A DNA stretch of 64,000 nt from an uncultured bacterium (GTDB taxonomy: Bacteria; Actinomycetota; Acidimicrobiia; Acidimicrobiales; VFJN01), in assembly GCA_963813485.1 (NCBI GenBank), contig CAWEZE010000017.1, positions 1,919 to 65,918 on the forward strand, read 5' to 3'. Below are positions 63,403 through 64,000 of this stretch, piece after piece. How positions within the stretch are numbered: position 1 is the first letter of the stretch; each line of letters begins with the position of its first letter. The notes below the pieces were generated by a model, which searched no databases, was not told where the DNA came from, and saw only the letters and a list, made by a program, of their open reading frames with translations. The position numbers and the translations under genes were made by a program.

Positions 63403-64000
63403 ATGCAAAGTCATCTCGTGATCGATTTCCCGATCAATGGTCCCGCCAACGCCGAGGCGCTTCGCGAAAAGCTGCCCCCGTTGATGCCCGATCTCGCGAA
63501 AGTGCAGGACGACCTCAATACCGTGCATTTCTCTCGTTTCATGATCGAGGGAGACGAGAAGCTTCTCTTCGTTTCGGACATCGACGGCGCGGGCGACCAG
63601 CACATCGAGCGGCTCGTGGAACGCGCGGGTCTCGTGTTCGACGCCATCTTCGAACACGTGGACGACCCTCCTGCCACGCCCACGACGGGCAAACCTCAGC
63701 CGGTCGTCAAATGGCTGAAGGATCATGTCCGCGACCCTGTCGAAACGTACTTCGCTTACGAGGACGCTACGGTGCAGGACATCAAGGCGTGCGCGCGTGC
63801 GGCGGGCTTCACGGGCAATACGTCGCAGGACACCTTGCTCACGTACATGTCCATCAAGTCAGGGCACAGCCTTGCGTTGATGGAGGCCGCAGAGGCCGTT
63901 CGAGACGAGGCCTATGCAGCGACGGATGCTGTTGGGACGCTGCACTTCTCCGATTGGGTGTTCTTCGAGGACGAGCACTTGGGCTTCTTCACCATCTACG
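63403..64000 (+). CDS. Hypothetical protein, 5' part only (runs off the window), in visibly lower-G+C DNA
   Basis: ATG at 63403 after GAGGAGGA. Open to the window end, so it is absent from the ORF track. Two similar blocks (..LNTVHFSRFMIEGDEKLLFVSDIDG.. and ..VGTLHFSDWVFFEDEHLGFFTIY). Confidence 0.6.
   Translation, partial: MQSHLVIDFPINGPANAEALREKLPPLMPDLAKVQDDLNTVHFSRFMIEGDEKLLFVSDIDGAGDQHIERLVERAGLVFDAIFEHVDDPPATPTTGKPQPVVKWLKDHVRDPVETYFAYEDATVQDIKACARAAGFTGNTSQDTLLTYMSIKSGHSLALMEAAEAVRDEAYAATDAVGTLHFSDWVFFEDEHLGFFTIY

Overview
This is a high-G+C, actinobacterial-type chromosomal window. All family assignments come from reading the translated ORFs and remembered motifs; no database search was run.

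Positions 1-48.7 kb are mostly densely packed core genes:
- The distal F1Fo ATP synthase genes (atpH-A-G-D-C).
- glpX, a NifU-like protein, meaB and a crotonase.
- The GlgE alpha-glucan pathway (glgP, glgE, treS, pep2, glgB).
- metG-tatD-rsmA-ispE.
- An unlisted 33-codon bS22-type ribosomal protein gene.
- A PQQ-type sugar dehydrogenase lipoprotein and tRNA-Gln(UUG).

About 6.4 kb sits between glgE and treS. It holds a 131-bp tandem repeat fused to the glgE 3' end, a STAND ATPase-TPR-wHTH-BTAD regulator, a perfect 19-bp palindrome and a Cys-type arylsulfatase.

Downstream of the tRNA (48.8-64 kb) the sequence looks visibly less G+C-rich and accessory-like:
- Small stress or membrane protein genes: SHOCT, and the families I recall as DUF2550-like, DUF1622, DUF2252, DUF6325-like and DUF7144-like.
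- Gene remnants.
- A second arylsulfatase behind a MalT/LuxR-type STAND regulator.
- A second, divergently oriented LuxR-type regulator.

The most interesting sequence-level signal is a 17-nt palindromic motif, TCATCC-N5-GGATGA, usually extended to GGATGAGGC in the direction of the downstream gene. It occurs five times, only in intergenic leaders of this accessory region, which suggests an undescribed local regulon.

Other unexplained structure includes several large nested inverted repeats in intergenic DNA. At least eight genes, including glgB, are interrupted by single-base frameshifts. These may be assembly indel errors, real gene decay, or both.
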